This document shows positions 62,354 to 64,000 of a DNA stretch of 64,000 nucleotides, in pieces. The DNA comes from Acidobacteriota bacterium. Its GTDB lineage: Bacteria > Acidobacteriota > UBA890 > WLXD01. Each line of letters starts with the position of its first letter. The stretch's first letter is position 1. The notes below the pieces were generated by a model. That model was not told where the DNA came from and made no database searches. It worked only from the letters and a program-made list of their open reading frames with translations. The DNA is taken from assembly GCA_965248695.1 (NCBI GenBank), contig CBDFKD010000002.1, positions 2,144,001 through 2,208,000 on the forward strand. Direction: 5' to 3'. The position numbers and the translations under genes are program-made.

Positions 62354-63151
62354 CTATGCGTCGGCGCAGATGATGTAGACCGTGTATGTACCGACATCGA
62401 CGTTGGCAGTGTCCTTGTTCGTCACAGTCCCCGTCCAGGCGTTGTTACTGCTGGGATAGCTCGCCTGGAGGTCGACTTCGGCTCCAATAGCGTCCGCGTC
62501 AAGGAGAACCCCGCCACCAGTAACTCGATAGCCAGCCGTCGGACACGCAATGGTGCGGCTGTCGGTAGCACCAACGTCGTTCCCAGTGGCATTGGTTCCA
62601 AGGAGGCCTGCGATGTTGACGGTAACTTGGTCCGTTTCGAGCACCAGAGTGCCTGCAGCACCATCGGTGCCATCGGTGCCGGGATCTCCCTGCGGACCCT
62701 GAGAACCGTTCGCTCCGCTATCGCCCTGTGGCCCCTGCTCTCCGGTCTCGCCCTGCGGGCCCTGCGGTCCGGTGGCGCCCTTCGGCCCCTGTTTGCCCGC
62801 CTTCTCGATGTAGACCTCGAACTGCTCCTCCTTGCCGCCGGTGCAACGGATCGAGAGCAGGTGCGACACGCCGAACTCGATGTCGCGGCGATCGAAAGCC
62901 AGGATCATCAGCCGTTCGGCGCTAGAAATCACCGTCAGGGGGTCGCCGCCGAGAAACGCTGCTTTGACCTTTCTCGGGGCGGTGCACAGGCGGCCCCCCC
63001 GAACAACGAGCTGATCGACGGTGAAGTCCACGAACGCGGTCATCACATTCGGTAGATCCTGAGCGCCGCGGGAGTCCTGATGTGCAATCGCCAGACCGGT
63101 CGATAAAGCGAAAACGATCGCCGCGGCGATAATCATCGATCGGGAGAGCAT
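62354..63151 (-). CDS. Secreted collagen-like protein
   Basis: Signal peptide, 17 Gly-X-Y triplets, C-terminal CP..Y.VTGGG..YIICA domain. Confidence 0.8.
   Translation of the reverse strand: MLSRSMIIAAAIVFALSTGLAIAHQDSRGAQDLPNVMTAFVDFTVDQLVVRGGRLCTAPRKVKAAFLGGDPLTVISSAERLMILAFDRRDIEFGVSHLLSIRCTGGKEEQFEVYIEKAGKQGPKGATGPQGPQGETGEQGPQGDSGANGSQGPQGDPGTDGTDGAAGTLVLETDQVTVNIAGLLGTNATGNDVGATDSRTIACPTAGYRVTGGGVLLDADAIGAEVDLQASYPSSNNAWTGTVTNKDTANVDVGTYTVYIICADA
62645..62797 (-). repeat. Collagen Gly-X-Y repeat (17 triplets)
   Basis: Runs from GKQGPKGAT to GTDGAAGTL. Confidence 0.85.
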
Positions 63152-63416
63152 GGGTCCTACTCCGTCGGTCGCTGTGCCTTGTCGGGTGGCGGGGTATCAA
63201 GAGCCAGCGTAGGAAGCTTGCCCGCCGAACAAAAGGCACCGACACAGGTCCGCCGGCCAACAGAGGACTGAGCATTGCAGCAGCGACGCCAGAGCCCCAG
63301 AGCGGACTTCACGGCCACCAACGGGAACCTGCGGTCACGGCTGCACGCGCAGCACGTCGCGACCCGGGCGGGCGGGGCGCCAGCCGATCAGCGAACGCGG
63401 CGCGCCGGCACTCCGA

Positions 63417-64000
63417 TCAGTCGTTGTTTCCGGCCGCCACGATTGCTTCGACCGCCTCAACCGCGGCTTCGGAGGTAACCCCGGCTATCGAGTTGAGGCA
63501 GTCGAGCAGGTTGCTGCAATCCGACGACGGGTCGTCGAGCGGGGTCGCAGCGAGCACCTCGGCCGGAATGTCCCGCGCCGCCCGATAGGCGCTGACCATG
63601 CGCTCGAACCAGGCCGGGTCGAGGGTCGAATCCTGTCCGGTCGGATAGTAGACGGCGTTCCCTTCAGTCACCTTCAGGTGCTCGACGGCGTTGGCCAACG
63701 ACTCACGATAGCGCTCGCGATCGGGAGCGCCAACCTGCCCGGCGGTGGCGCGTAGGTAACCGACGGCCCGCTGCCAGACGGCAGGATCCTCTTCCATGCC
63801 GCGCTGACGAGCATACGCCTCCATACGCGACAGCGAGCGTTTCCACTCATCGGGCGAGTACATGCCCGGATGCGGCGGTTGGTGGCACGCCGAGCACGCC
63901 TGCAGATACGCACCGCCGCCCTCGCTGCGCAGGTTCGGAAACTGGCCGTTCTGGGCGTAGTTCCGTACCACCGCGGTGCGGTAGCGACTGTTGACCTGCG
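63417..64000 (-). CDS. c-type cytochrome, 5' partial
   Basis: CSACH heme motif followed by PHP..Y...EW...L.RM; frame is open to the window edge. Confidence 0.7.
   Translation of the reverse strand, partial: QVNSRYRTAVVRNYAQNGQFPNLRSEGGGAYLQACSACHQPPHPGMYSPDEWKRSLSRMEAYARQRGMEEDPAVWQRAVGYLRATAGQVGAPDRERYRESLANAVEHLKVTEGNAVYYPTGQDSTLDPAWFERMVSAYRAARDIPAEVLAATPLDDPSSDCSNLLDCLNSIAGVTSEAAVEAVEAIVAAGNND

Noticed and set aside
62354-63151. Collagen-like gene as a prophage tail fibre
   Set aside because: It has a Sec signal peptide and no neighbouring phage genes.

Overview
A high-GC chromosomal segment from a diderm bacterium. Gene content and protein style suggest Acidobacteriota, but this is inference. 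It is mostly housekeeping and contains no prophage, IS element or CRISPR array. In order: a heme-copper oxidase operon in the unusual order coxA-coxC-coxD-two small membrane proteins-coxB, followed by a divergent lgt; an M20 peptidase; a LysM/M15-like peptidase; a GTDC1/QTMAN-like glycosyltransferase; four tRNAs (His, Arg, Lys, Leu); tig-clpP-clpX-lon-engB; rpmE2-prfA-prmC-murA; rplU-rpmA-obgE-nadD-rsfS-rlmH-dksA-comF; a TPR lipoprotein / peptidase-propeller-Omp85 / coiled-coil operon; dprA-topA-trmFO-tlpA-xerC-hslVU-lipoprotein-dapF; a surface-glycan locus (glycosyltransferases, ugd, coiled-coil methyltransferase) next to uvrA; then rsmI, a Tat-exported D-amino acid oxidase, a collagen-like protein and a partial cytochrome c. 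The strongest oddities visible in the sequence are (1) a circularly permuted, Tat-exported D-amino acid oxidase, (2) a DapF with both catalytic Cys replaced by Ser, coupled to a giant LptM-like FN3 lipoprotein, (3) an A-family oxidase lacking the K-channel Lys, with a CxxC micro-protein in its operon, and (4) a gluzincin-propeller-Omp85 fusion operon. Three genes carry deletions or frameshifts that may be real or assembly errors. All assignments come from motif recognition by eye; no database searches were run.
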